This document shows positions 14,484 through 57,300 of a stretch of 64,000 nt of DNA, one piece after another. Each line of letters starts with the position of its first letter. The stretch's first letter is position 1. The stretch is from Hormiphora californensis (lineage: Eukaryota; Animalia; Ctenophora): NCBI GenBank assembly GCA_020137815.1, contig CM035362.1:5580001-5644000 (forward strand), read 5' to 3'. The notes below the pieces were generated by a model. The model saw nothing but the letters and a program-made list of their open reading frames with translations, was not told the origin of the DNA and did not search any database. The translations under genes and the position numbers were made by a program.

Positions 14484-17400
14484 ATGGGACTTTTGACGCC
14501 AGGACCACCCGACCAGTTCCCTGCAACGCCATCTGACATTCTGTACAATCTCACCAGTATAACTACAATCTACACATCCAGTTTCACAACCCCAACATAT
14601 CCTCCAGACCTACCATCAACAGATGACAATTTACCTGCCATCTTTGATTTTGGATCAAAACCAAACCGGACAGTTGAGATCCCAAACTTTTACAAGTACC
14701 CGTTTGGGATGTGGCTGGTGAAGGTCATGTTACCCCTCGCCCTGCTCCTCCAATCATTTGGACACATCCTGGTGGGAAGGTTGTATTTTAACCGGAAGAA
14801 CAGACTCAGGCTGGACAGTGGAATGTTTCTAATTAACTACATTGTATCAGACAATGTGTTCACTGTTTATGTTATAGTCGCGGTTGCTATAGAAATAACG
14901 GCCCCATTGTGCCCGGTAGTGAACGTTGTATACGGTGTAGCGGTGGTTCTACCCATGTACTCCGTCTATCTGATCACATTAAAACGCTTCATTCGGGTGA
15001 TCAGACCTCTTCAATGCCATCATATTATGACGAGAAGGAAGGAGGGTGTGGCAGTGGTGGTTGTGTGGGTGGTCGTGTGCTCGATGGCGGGTTTGGGCAT
15101 GTTTGGATGGTGCGAGAATGGGATTAACGTGGACGTGGAGTTCTGTTATTACAGGAAGAGTGGAGGACATTGTACATGGTACATGGGTGAGTAATTTAAT
15201 AGATATTTAATTAGGGTTAATTAGCTATCAATTAGCTATCAACTAGCTTTGATTAGGATCAGTAATAATTTAAATTTGAAAATAATTTAAAATTTCATGA
15301 CAATGTTCCATTTTCAAACTTTTCCTGCAGTAATTTTACAATAAAAACATGGCACTTGTATGTGTTTTCAAACTATTTTAGGCTTGCCGATATGATACTA
15401 CTGTAATTTTGGAGTGTATAATTTTATACGGCACACCCCATGCAGCTGCAATTGCTGCTATCCCTCAATTTAATATGCGAAAGTGAATTTAATTAAATTT
15501 CTGGCAACAAAAATTGTTTATGGATATATGATACATATCATAAGGAAAAAGTTTTGACTGACCGCCACTGTTGTTTTCCAAACTACTCCCCAACTAACAG
15601 TTTCCCTGCATGTAGGGTGACATACTCCAGATTTTCAAAAAATGCGCCTATGTCAGGCGATGACGTACAGACCAAGCTATTATAGTGTGTGACGATTATA
15701 AACAACATAACTTTGCCTTACTTAACCACACAACATCAATTACAACACATGTGGTGTAGCTGTTAATTAATATACCAACTCTCCTCCCGTCCTTTCTCCA
15801 CCCCTCCCCTCCCCCTCTATAGGTGGATTAATTCGGGTCGGCAGACTGAGACAGAGTGACACACGGACAGACCAGGCCGGGGTGTCACGGTGAACATAAC
15901 TTTGTCACAGTTTGCCCAACAGTATACGTAACCACACAGCAATTGTGTGCGGTGTCAGTCACCATATAATTAATTCCCTCCACCCCTCCTCCAGGTGGAT
16001 TAATTGCGGTTGATTTTGGGGCTCCTCTCTGCACTGTTTTGGTGATGTATCTAGTGATGCTGAGGGAAAGTAGGAAGGCGTTCAAAAAGGAAGCTTTTAA
16101 CTTCATATTTACAGGCCCTACCAGGTAATCATGTTTTGTACTTTTGTAATCTGGTTATCCGGAAGTCGAGGCTTTTGTTTGGGGAAGAAACATATAAGTG
16201 TTTTCCAATCCGATCACTAACAACCCCGTTTCCATAACAACCCCGTTTCAAATTCAAAGACTGATCTGACAACCCTGCAGAGCAAGTACAGCCTATAGGA
16301 TTCGCTCCTCAATAGTGGTTCCCAACGGTTTTGGAACAACTACTACAGCAGCATGTGAGGGAGGAGGGTCAGATAGGGTGTCTAGCTCACCATCAACCAC
16401 TGATATTAACCAGGTAATTAGTAATTAATAATTAATAATTAGTTATTAAATTAGTAATTAAAGCTGTCAGGGGGTCAACAAGTCAGGGAGGGAACGCTAC
16501 GTACAGGGGATTGCGAGACGTGCCCAACTGTGTATTATCATCCCTCTCTCTCTCTCTGTAGGTAATTTGGGCTGGTTCCGATCCCGTTATTCAGTTATCT
16601 GCCAAACTACGATGCTCCTACATTAAAGACATTAGGTAAAGCTGCTCATAAAACTCCCCGATATCATATGCCACCCAATTTTGATGTTGATTCATGTTAC
16701 CGTTCCACAATTCCTGGTCCAGATCAACATTGGATGACCGTTAATATAATTATTCTTCTGACGTAATCCACATTTGAATATATCTCCCCTACATTTGTAA
16801 ATTTCTAACATCCCTAGGGTCCATATCTCGGAACAGTCGACACCACAATCCTCACCCCCGCCAACTGCCTCAAACTCCCGCCGTCTAACTGCTACCAAAC
16901 AGGCAAGTCTATAACTGCTACCAAACAGGCAAGTAGCGACCCGCTGATGGGCTGTCTGCATCTGGCGCCACCGACCCCATCTGTGCGCACTGTCAGTTTC
17001 AAATTGGGGTCTGGCACCGGTAGTCAGCTGATGAGAGTAGTTATTGCCACCAGTTAGAAGTTAGAACCGTTGGATATTATACAGACATTTTAAACCCAAA
17101 ATTAAGGTTTATCATATGACCTGAACACTAACACAAACTCGCCCCATCCAGGCATCTATACACGGTACTATAGCTATAATCCTCTCTTGTTTCTTTATCC
17201 GTTCATTACCATGGATACCGCAACTCGTCTCACCTGGAGTGTTCGATCCAGATAACCAGCAAATCGCGGTAAGCAATTGATCAAAATCCCTGATCCCCTC
17301 CCCAAAATTATAGTTTATCATAGTTTGATCATTGTTTAACCATGACGATGATCAGGAATAGACTCAAGTCAACTATGGTTACCACCCATTCGGTTACTAT

Positions 17401-18093
17401 GGTTACCACCCATTCGGTTACTATGGTTACCACCCATTCGGTTACTATGGTTACCACCCATGCGGTTACTATGGTTACCACCCATTCAGTTACTAATCAA
17501 CTACCATTTTCAGGTAGTTGAGATGATGTTGTTTGTGCAGTGTATCGGCATAGCATGCTGTCCCTTTATATTCCTTCTCACCACTACCTCAAGAATCAGA
17601 CAATGCCTCTACACAACACTCAACGCTACAAGACGGTAATCACACTAATTACAACAAAATTAATTATAAGAATTCAAACCTCCGCCGCAGACCTTTTTTG
17701 AGTTCTCCAGTGCGCTCAAATTAATAGGGCTGCGACGATATGTGGACAAGATGTTACAGTGCTGCTTGTAGTGGGAATACGGTGTCTGAATAATACGGTA
17801 TTTGACCATTACGGTTTCTGAAATACATATGTATTTGAAATACATATATATTTTGGTGTCACGTGTTGTCAATCTGGCGCTCTGACTGGTCTCCTCTTAC
17901 CGTTTTTCACTGATACCGTGTTAACCAATACCGTATTCTCACTACAAGCAGCCATGTTAGAATCTTGTCGATGTCTCTCATCAACAAGGGGTTAACATAT
18001 ATGTTAACATGTTAACACTTTTTTCTCGTTTCCAGGTGCTACAGCGGGAGAAAAAGGAGAAAAGTCTCGCCGACGACTTCTCTTGTATTGTAA
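14484..18093 (+). CDS. Class A (rhodopsin-like) 7TM GPCR, ~470 aa, 8 coding exons
   Basis: Phase-consistent exons: 14484-15186, 15995-16124, 16281-16413, 16562-16635, 16818-16902 (GC donor), 17152-17268, 17514-17635, 18036-18093 (TAA). Shows a glycosylatable T/P-rich N-terminus, the TM3 end 'LITLKRFIRVIRPL' (DRY-equivalent), TM4 Trp, TM5 'DFGAPLCTVLVMY', TM6 'IILSCFFIRSLPWI' and TM7 'IACCPFIF'. There is no opsin-type Lys in TM7. Confidence 0.85.
17372..17495. repeat. 24-bp minisatellite x5 (CTATGGTTACCACCCATTCGGTTA)
   Basis: Direct inspection. Intronic. Confidence 0.9.
17761..17952. mobile_element. Small TIR element in the last GPCR intron
   Basis: GCTGCTTGTAGTGGGAATACGGT ... ACCGTATTCTCACTACAAGCAGC (23-bp TIR, 1 mismatch). 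Confidence 0.65.
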
Positions 18094-18764
18094 GGAAAGT
18101 GGCCGTCAATCCAAGAGATCACAATTGTACTTGTATGTATATGGACACAGTTGCCAAATTAGTAGTTTTTAGGTCTGCAGTAGACCTAAAAACTACTATT
18201 GGCATTTGGCAAATAGCTTTTGAAAACAGTAACCGTCCGTATTCTATATCGCCCAATTCCATTCCATTTCATTTCAAACGGTGCACAACTTTTTAAAATA
18301 CGACTTAATCGTATTTTTTTGTATTTGTGCACCGTTTGTCGAGAACAAATTCCAAAACGGCTAAATATTACGGTTCTTTAAATATATTATTATTTATCAC
18401 AATTTATTCGTTATTCTAATAAAACCTTATTTGCATACTGTATATCTATAAATATATGTTCGTATAAAACTCTCTCTTTTGAAGGCTAACAAAATCAATA
18501 TGATTCACACGTCGTACTCTTATAGGGAATACAGTCGGACACCGAGATCGGGGTCAAATACTGTAACTTTTCTATATCGGGAGAAGTTCATCCTTCCGGT
18601 AAATCGGGGTCAAATACTGTAATCTGTATTTCACTCATCTGGATAAAACGAAGCACGCATTTACACAAAATAGCAATAGTCAATGACAATACAAAGTCCT
18701 GTTATCTCTCTTATAATAGTGTTTGCAATATGTATCTTATTCAGCGTGTTGCTAATAACACGTC

Positions 18765-45651
<26,887 letters not shown>

Positions 45652-46497
45652 GGGCTACATGCTAGGAGGCTGGCAGCTCTCTGGCTAGAGACCGCAGCAG
45701 CTCAAGGAGAGGGGATCACTAGGGGGGTGTTGGAGGAGAACTGATATCTGAATGTGTGTTTTCAGATCTGTTAAACTTTCAAGTCATCCTTCAATATAAT
45801 AATAGGTCAAGTGTCAATTTGATCATAATTATGTATCGGCCTAAAACGATCACGACACAACTACTAGAGCTATATTGTACCACATATATAGCTATTAGAA
45901 CAAAAGATTGAAACCGGAACTGTGCAATGGAAAGTCAAAATTCAGCAACTGCATTATAGGAATGTATACAACCTAAAAGCCAAGGGTGCAATGTACCACT
46001 ATCATATAGCTATACTAGAGTGCATGGAACAAACTATTGAAATGTGCAATGGAAATTAAAGTCCTCTATCAAATTCAGCAACTGCACTATATGAATGTAT
46101 ACAACCTAAAAGCACCTACATGCAGCTAAGGGTATGTAGGTCGCCCTCGGCTTGGAATGCATTGTCCCTAATTTTAGCAACGAAAGGAAAGCGGTAGTAT
46201 AAAATGTGATGGGACAATATAAGGTGTAAGATAATCATGATTAATTGCAAGGAATTATATATATGTGTCAAATAACAGGTAATATAATACACTTGATCAC
46301 GTGACTTGTTATACATTCTAGAAGCTGATATCAGTACATATATATCTTGAGAGGTCCATGTTGTTGTTACTCTCACGTGCGAAGTGGTACTGGTATGCGG
46401 TTAAAATCAAGTGACAGCTTGGCAGTGTATAAAATCTTTGGGGGAGTGAGCGTGTCAAGCAAAACTTAGAGAGAGAGAGAGAGATATGGGTCAATTT

Positions 46498-46561
<64 letters not shown>

Positions 46562-46856
46562 AGAGATATGGGTCAATTGAGAGGTTGTATAAAACAGCTG
46601 ATTTGATCACAATTACCTGTTACCTGGTACAGTCGGACCCCGATTTAGTGGCCCCCCCGATTTAAGGGCAGGATAATCTTCCCCCGATATAGAAAATTAA
46701 CAGTATTTGTGACCCCGATTTAGTGGACAAAACCCTTTCCCCCGAGGATGTCACTAAATCGGGGTCCGAAATAATGGAATTATACATCTTGATATGGTGG
46801 CTGAATACACTTGGACCCCTGCCAGGCAAATGCGGCATTGAAAAGGGATGGTAAAT

Positions 46857-47103
46857 CACGCATGTAGGGGAAGGGGGGGCAGGGTACGCCATGGCCCCAG
46901 TACTTTTCAGGCAATGGCCCCAGTAATTTTCATGATTAGACAAAAACTATGACTTTTTGACCTAAAATCCGAAAAATTTTCTCGGGCTCCGCTATCGCTT
47001 CGCCCAATCTATTCAAATTTTCAATAGAAAAGTCGATGTATGTCATATCACGTGACCAAAAAAATTTGGCCCCACCACTTTCAAAACTTCCCCTACATGC
47101 CTG
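46857..47103. mobile_element. hAT-type MITE
   Basis: 8-bp TSD TGGTAAAT (46849-56, 47104-11) and TIR CA(C/G)GCATGTAGGGGAAG. Confidence 0.85.
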
Positions 47104-47411
47104 TGGTAAATTTTTCAATATCCATTCGTGTTGGTAATTACAATATAAAATACTCATTGGCTGTTCAATAGGGGCTTAGCAGGACTCTATCTGCAAATCG
47201 AGGGATCTATCTCCATCTTTTTTTGAATTTATTTCCTCCCTCTTAGAATCGTTTTCTTTCTCTCCAGTCTACCTTTCACACTAGAGAGCTGTAGAGAAGC
47301 TAGTATAGCGTAGAGAAAATAGAATCTCAACTCACCTCCCTTTGCTAATCGCTTGTAAGAGAAATAGCGCAATCCCTCCTCTCCCCGTGTAAGAAAGAGG
47401 TAAGATCACCG

Positions 47412-47599
<188 letters not shown>

Positions 47600-47968
47600 A
47601 CTCTCTGATTTTGCTCTCCTATCTAAAGTTTTGAGATTGTTGATGATCTGATAGATAGGAAAGTAGAGAGCAAAAAGCAACAGGATTTCTCTAGCGCATT
47701 CTGATCTTTTCTTATTTTCTTTTCTGTCCAGTGTCCCTTGCTTCTTCGAGTGTCTCTGTCTTAATTTTAAGCTCCCAGACTTTTAGTTTCTAGCTGCCAC
47801 TCACATGTTTTCTATATCCACCAGAGTTCAGCTCTTTTATCGCTAGACACGGACTGATCTGTATCTCAAAGAATGGAGGGGTTGCAGGGGCTTCTCTCCT
47901 GGTCGGCTGGATCACGGATGTTACTCTCGGTCGCCTCCCCCCGGTCGGTGGTCAAGCACTAGCATGAT

Positions 47969-48863
47969 GGTTGGGGTTGAGGAGAATTGACGACGCACGA
48001 GATGAGGGGATTGAAAACAAGTTTCGCTACAACATTAGCATCATCAGATCATCCCTAAAACACAAATATGGTTAAAACACTCAATACAAGTACAACACAC
48101 TGTCAAAAATCCGGCGTGAGGGAGCAAAATGATGGGAAAGGTCCTAAAAACTAAAAGCCGTACAAACTAAAACTCAAAAGAACAAACCTTAAAAAACTAA
48201 ACCTTAAAAAAGTTGACCCAAACCATTTTTTAAGGTTTAGTTTTTAAGGTTTGTTCTTTTGAGTTTTAGTTGTACGGCTTTTATTTTTTAGGACCTTTCC
48301 CACCCTTTCGCTCCCTCACGCCGGATTTTTTCCCCGCCCGGGTGAAGGCCGAAGGCCTTCACCCGGATGCCTTTTGCAAAAAGGCATAGGGGTTTAGAAA
48401 TCTAAACGGATATATAGTGACTATGTGTAGCAAGTCAGCTCTCTTGCCCGTTCCAGGTTGCGAGGGGCAACATGTAGCAACTAGAGCCGCGCACACAACA
48501 AAAACCTGCTCCTTCATAAACCACTTCATTGACACGTTTTCAGGAATTTTGTGCCGCGCAATTCCGCAATGTGGCGTGCAATTTAGTGCTACTAAAACAC
48601 AAGGATTTGTTCTATACTGTTTGCTTGATTTATAAATGATCCGAAATGTCTGTCCCGCCTTCGTGTTAGAAATGAAAGGTTGGCGGGGAAACATAGCATT
48701 ATGAAACATAATGCATTTATTCTTGTTGACAGTGTGTTGTACTTGTAATGAGTGTTTTAACCATGTTTGTGTTTTAGGGATGATCTGATGATGCTAATGT
48801 TGTAGCGAAACTTGTTTTCAATCCCCTCATCTCGTGCGTCGTCAATTCTCCTCAACCCCAACC
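47969..48863. mobile_element. TIR element (~135-bp arms) containing nested inserts
   Basis: GGTTGGGGTTGAGGAGAATTGACG... is mirrored at 48726-48863, with ATGAT on both flanks. It encloses a hairpin element (~48105-48330) and a Helentron-like element. Confidence 0.8.
48331..48724 (-). mobile_element. Non-autonomous Helentron/Helitron-like element with terminal GC-rich hairpin
   Basis: Hairpin CCGGGTGAAGGC-CGAAG-GCCTTCACCCGG near one end, no TIRs or TSD, inserted in T-runs. Relatives at ~50001-50260, ~57575-57975 and ~59850-60318. Confidence 0.6.
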
Positions 48864-49002
48864 ATGATCTGTATCTCTGTCTCACACAATTTTTCCGCTT
48901 TTTGTTACGTGCATGGCTGTTATTTTTAGTTACGTGTCACTCCCCCCCCCCCTAATTAATAAGTTTTCCTTTTCCATATTCGGGGCCTGGCAAGGCCCCC
49001 CG

Positions 49003-49545
49003 ACCCGAATATAACCCAAACTCAACTCATCCCCCCTAAAACATCCCCCCTAAAACTAAAACAACGGGGCCGAGCCGACAGGCCCTTAATACCAGATGAA
49101 AAAAAACCATAACCATAACCATAACCATAAACCATAGATATTTTTAGAGTGAAAGTTTTGAAGCCCCCTGAAGTAGTAGAGAGGTGTTCTATGGCTCGTT
49201 GGAAAGGTCTCGAGGTCCCGCGACGTATAGGGGGTGTGGCGATGGCCATACCCAAACCCATAAGGCGTAGGACGCGAAAAACAGCCAAAATAAGGGGTAT
49301 GCAGATCTCGGCAATTAGAAGGAGTAGAAAGGTGTTCTAGGGTGCGTTCGAAAGCTCTCGAGGTGCTGAAGTAATTGGAATGTAATTGGAAGTAATTAAA
49401 TGTAATTAAAATGTAATTACATGTAATTAAAGGGTAATTACATGTAATTAAAAGGTCCAAATGACCCCAACTGACAATTTAAACATATTTTGACATATTT
49501 TGAGGCCCTGAGACCAGCGGGTGGCCAAATTTACCAAACGGTAAA
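49003..49545. repeat. Dispersed repeat with (CCATAA)n and (ATGTAATT) tracts
   Basis: Its 5' part recurs at 49848-50000 and its 3' part at ~60318-60720. Confidence 0.7.
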
Positions 49546-50539
49546 TCGAGGTCACTAATTTTCTCTATTGGGGGAAATTTATCCGCCCGATTAATCGAGG
49601 TAGGCGGTAATCGAGGTTTGACTGTATGATAAATGGATAAACATGTTGGATATTAAATTTGCAAATATTGTTAAAATTATAAAAATGCAGCTCTCGTTCC
49701 CACCCCTTTCTTACAGAATATAACTCTCCAGCTGTTACAGTTAGGTGGTCAAATGTCCAAATAGAATCCACCAATCAGAATTGCAGTTACTCCTTCCAAT
49801 CGTCATAGATCCTTCACAAAGAGATGGGAGGTGGTGCCGGTAAATGGACCCGAATATAACCCAAACTCAACCCATCCCCACTAAAACATCCCCCCTAAAA
49901 CTAAAACAACGGGGCCGAGCCGACAGGCCCTTAATACCAGATGAAAAAAAAACCATAACCACAACCATAAACCATAAAACCATAAAACCATAGATATTTT
50001 TTCCCTGCCCGGGTGAATGCCGAAGGCATTCACCCGGATGCCTTTTTACTTTGTAAAAAGGCATAGCAGGGTTAGAATTCGAAAACGACATTTTGGTATA
50101 CTAACTAATCGGTAGAGGGACATTTTTTGGTCACACTTTCGTTGCGAGGGCAACGGTGTAGCAACTAGAGCCGCGCGCACAGTGACGAGCTACTCCTTCA
50201 TCAAACACCTCATTGACACAGTTTGATGGACGTGTGTGCGCGTGCCACTCAACAAAACATGAAATGCTCTGCCGCGCGTTTCGCGTGTTACATACTTTTT
50301 ACCTGCATTTCTAGCCTGAGGCCAAAAACGTAACTACCCTTAGGAAAGGAGTAGAGAAAAAATCGAGAGCACTAGAGTGATCAGCGCCATCGCTCCCTTA
50401 ATTTTACCAAATCGCCAGATTACCTCCCGTGCAGGGTACTAGACAGGGTCAACTGTATCAACCATGGTTAAATTACCACGGAGAACTCTTGCATGAACTC
50501 GAATGTGTATTTTATTCTCGTCTACCATATAACATTATA

Positions 50540-50711
50540 CAGTCGGACCCCGATTTACCGGGATGCTCAGGGGAAAGGGTTTTGCCCGGTAAATCGGGGT
50601 GCCCGGTATATCGGTGCAAAATACCGTCAATTTCCTATATCGGGGGAAGATTATCCTCCCGGTAAATCGGGGTTCCGGTAAATCGGGGCCCGGTAAATCG
50701 GGGTCTGACTG
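50540..50711. mobile_element. Complete Tc1/pogo-type MITE (CAGTCGGACCCCGATTTACCGGG family)
   Basis: TA|CAGTCGGACCCCGATTTACCGGG ... CCCGGTAAATCGGGGTCTGACTG|TA. Related full or partial copies at ~2394-2758, 3661-3825, 6007-6160, 10808-10952, 18532-18625, 18950-18994, 19047-19186, 39982-40050, 46630-46770 and 49540-49624. Confidence 0.85.
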
Positions 50712-51119
50712 TAGTGCTAATTATCAGTTCTCATACCCATGATCTAAATTGTATTTCACAAATGGGGCACTCATAACCAGTGACCCCGCAATGTATCTGA
50801 GAGAACTGCAGCGAGGTGCTGATAATCGCCTCCCACCCCTCCTCTAACCAGCATCGTGGACTCGTGGAGTTCAGTGGCAGAGAAAAATAGAGAGCCAGGA
50901 GGAAAAGTAATAGCAGGGAGGAGAGATACTAGCTGCTAGAGAGAAGACTCTTCTCTCTAGCAGCTAGTATCTCTCCTCCCTTCTCAGAAGAGCTAGGAGC
51001 TATAAGAAAAGAATGAAACGCCAGAACGGGAAAAAGTATTTTCCCAGAGATTGTGCAGTGCTGGTTTTACACGTGCAAGATGATGCAGAGAGTAGGAGAT
51101 GCACTGAGGGAAGAACTCG

Positions 51120-54370
<3,251 letters not shown>

Positions 54371-57300
54371 TGGGCGGATTTGGAGAGGAAAAGAAGGTGA
54401 GAGACTATCCCGAGGTGGGAAGAGAGCCGACCCGGAACACCCCCTCATCTCCACCACCTAGAACATCTAAATGCAGTCTTAAGATATCGACTCTCCCCTA
54501 TGCATACGAGTCAGCGACAGACCCGTACCTTTTCCTCCCCCTTTGTCCCGACCTCCCTCTCTGGCCGACCATGTTTCACTCCTCCTCCTCCTCCCCCCAC
54601 ACCCCCTATCCTACGCCTGGCTGAATTCTACCGCCTCAGGCGTGATCTCCGGATAAAAGATAGCGGGCAACAAGGGAGGACGGGCCGCCGAGCAGCGTAT
54701 ACTGATCAAGTACAGGGAAACTCCGTATGGCTGGCAATGATCACTAACTGAGAGACACATAGGAGATGCCGCAGGAGAAGGTGCTCTATTAAATTTCTAG
54801 GGATTAGTATTTGTTTGATTTTTGAGAGAGCGAGAGGACGATGTCTGATTGGATTAGATGGTTAGTCTGAGAGTAGTGCGAGAGTTTTCGGCTACTATAT
54901 CGCTCGGTAATGGAATTGGAGTAAGACGGCAGGGATGAGAGAGACGGGTTACCAGATGACCCGATGAATTCTGCTACTTTACGAAGAGTGTAGGGAGGTG
55001 CAGGACGAATGAGGGCCCGAGTATCTTCTCCTATTTTACTTCTCAGTGATGGGCTGGAGAAGTAAGAGGGATGTACCTGATGTGTGATGGGATAACACGC
55101 GTATGAGGTTATTTGCGATGATTGCGTTTTGTATTGAGGAGAACTGTATAGGTTTCCGACGTACAGTGGAGAAATTGAAGAGATGCCGAGGGTGGGAGCC
55201 CCTAAGGGTGATTAGTAAACCCTGAGGTTGATATGTTAAAGTTGTGATTGAGGGCGAGTTGTTATTTTCACGTGTCTGGGTCTGAGAGGCTCTCTTGATG
55301 TTGGCATACGAGTATGTCGAGAGAGAAGGAGTAGCGGTTGTGAGTCCAGAGAGAGATGAGTTTTCGATCTTGCAGATTCGACGTAAGGTTATCGGTGATC
55401 GATCTCTGGTGATTTGACGGAGTTAGGAGATGCTCTTTTGGGATCGAGTCGTAGGAAGAGGAGGTGAGGTTGGATGATCAGTTTTATTGCATGTCCTCAG
55501 GACGCTGAGGATCGGAGAGACGTAGAATGAGACGTGGAGAAGAGAGATGTGAGATTCAGGAGCAGTTTCTTATGGATTTTTTGCTGAGTGTCACAGACAA
55601 GGATGAATAGGCGAAAGGAGGAGGAGAGAGAGGAGAGTGAGAGTTGGATACCGGACGATTTAGAGAGGGTTTTGAAGACTATCGATGTTTCGAGCTGGTA
55701 CGTTCGAGTGCGACGTATGTGCGTTAGTATACTGTGAGCAGATTTCTTCGCGATTGTGTGAGGATGGGGACTGTGGGAGAGTTCTATATGACTCAGTGTA
55801 GTTTTGTTTTTTGTTGTTACGTCTTCCCCCCCCCCCCCTTTCTAGAACTTTTCGGAAGAGGATGGATTTGTCTGAGGCCGCTCGTGTGTTGGGAAGTCGA
55901 GACGAAGAAGTCTAGTCTGAGAAGAGTTCGAGAGAGTTTTGAGATGAGGGAGTGATTGTGCGAATGGGAGACTTGATGGAGGATGAGGTAGAGACCGAGT
56001 GTATTATTATTTTATGGATGAAGTATGTGCTCTGGAAGATGGGCGAGGTATGCTGACGAGAGTCTGGTTCTTATGACAGTTTTCGATACGTTTGGAGAGA
56101 GCGTTGATAGGCGACTTGAGCGTTTTACGAGAAGAGATGATGTGTGAGACTGACGAGGATGATGAGTCAGTGTAGAAGGAGGAGAGGAGACCTGATTGAG
56201 AGGAGAGAGAGTGATGAGGACCCAGATACTTTGCAAGGGATTGATTGTCGATGTGTGTGTCAGGAGCGAAGATCAGAAGATTTAGGAGATAGAGAGGTGT
56301 TGTGATAGTTTCCGAGAGTATTTGACTTTCCCTGTTTTCGACTGAGGATGAGTTGGACGGTGAAGATTCGAGACGGTCTTTCCTTTTTATCTTCGTTTCT
56401 TTTTTTTTTCTTTTTTTCTTTAATTCTTTTTTTTCTTCTTTTTTCTTTAGACGATAATGTGATATTGGATTTCCTGAGAGTAACCTATGATCTGAGTTCG
56501 GAGAGAGACAGAGAGAGAAGAGGGAACGATTCAGTATTGCTAATGGTGGAAAGGAAGATGATCATTACGGGTATTCGTTAATAATCGCGTACGCTCACGA
56601 AACACCCACCCCTACTTCTAACCACCACCGATGGAACTTTGGCAGAGGCGAGAAAGAGAGAGAGAAAGATTATCATGTGATAATGGGAAAAAGGAGGATG
56701 ATATAAAGGGTATTGTTAATAATAGAAAGAGAGAGAGAGCAGATGAGATGAGAGAGAGATGACTGATAGAAGATTGATTCGATGTGAGGATGAGAGGGAG
56801 TAGTGAGGATGAGTAATTCCTGAGTTTGCCTATCGTGGTCGGGTCGAAGCAATTGTGTGGACTTGCAGTAGATTGTAAAGGATTGTGCATGATGTTCGGA
56901 GTTTTGAGTTTCGTTTGAGATTTGGTTTGTGTTTTATTCGGAGTTCTCTCTGTGATCCGTTTTGATCGTGTTTTCTTTTTCTTTTTGATGGATTTGTTTG
57001 ATCCGAGTTTTGATGTTCTTGGAGTATCCTTCAGTTTCCTGCTTTCTTCTGTTTGCTCGGATCTGAGACTGTTTGATTTACTGTGAGGGGGGGGATTGGT
57101 GGTTTGTTCGTGAGGTATCCGGGGAATTTAGGTTTTTTGTTTTTCTTTTCTTGTGGTCTCAGTTTGGTTTTTGGTATATGTTTTTTTTTGTGCGTGTAGG
57201 AAAATGAAGAGTAAGCAACACGAGGGTATGTAGGGGATTGAGGGCTGCTTACGAGATGAAAGAGAAAGGACTCAGAGAGGGAGAGAGAGAGAGAGGTAGG

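Larger units (their letters stand above)
3174..15001 (+). repeat. Three-copy tandem segmental duplication (A ~3174-5530, B ~5531-10328, C ~10329-15001)
   Basis: Each unit starts ATCTCTTCTTTT...GCTGTTC(T/G)AGCTCAT and ends in GPCR exon 1. B and C carry a 2.5-kb insertion absent from A. Confidence 0.9.

Noticed and set aside
14484-18093. Opsin assignment for the GPCR
   Set aside because: TM7 has Cys, not Lys, at the retinal-binding-equivalent position.
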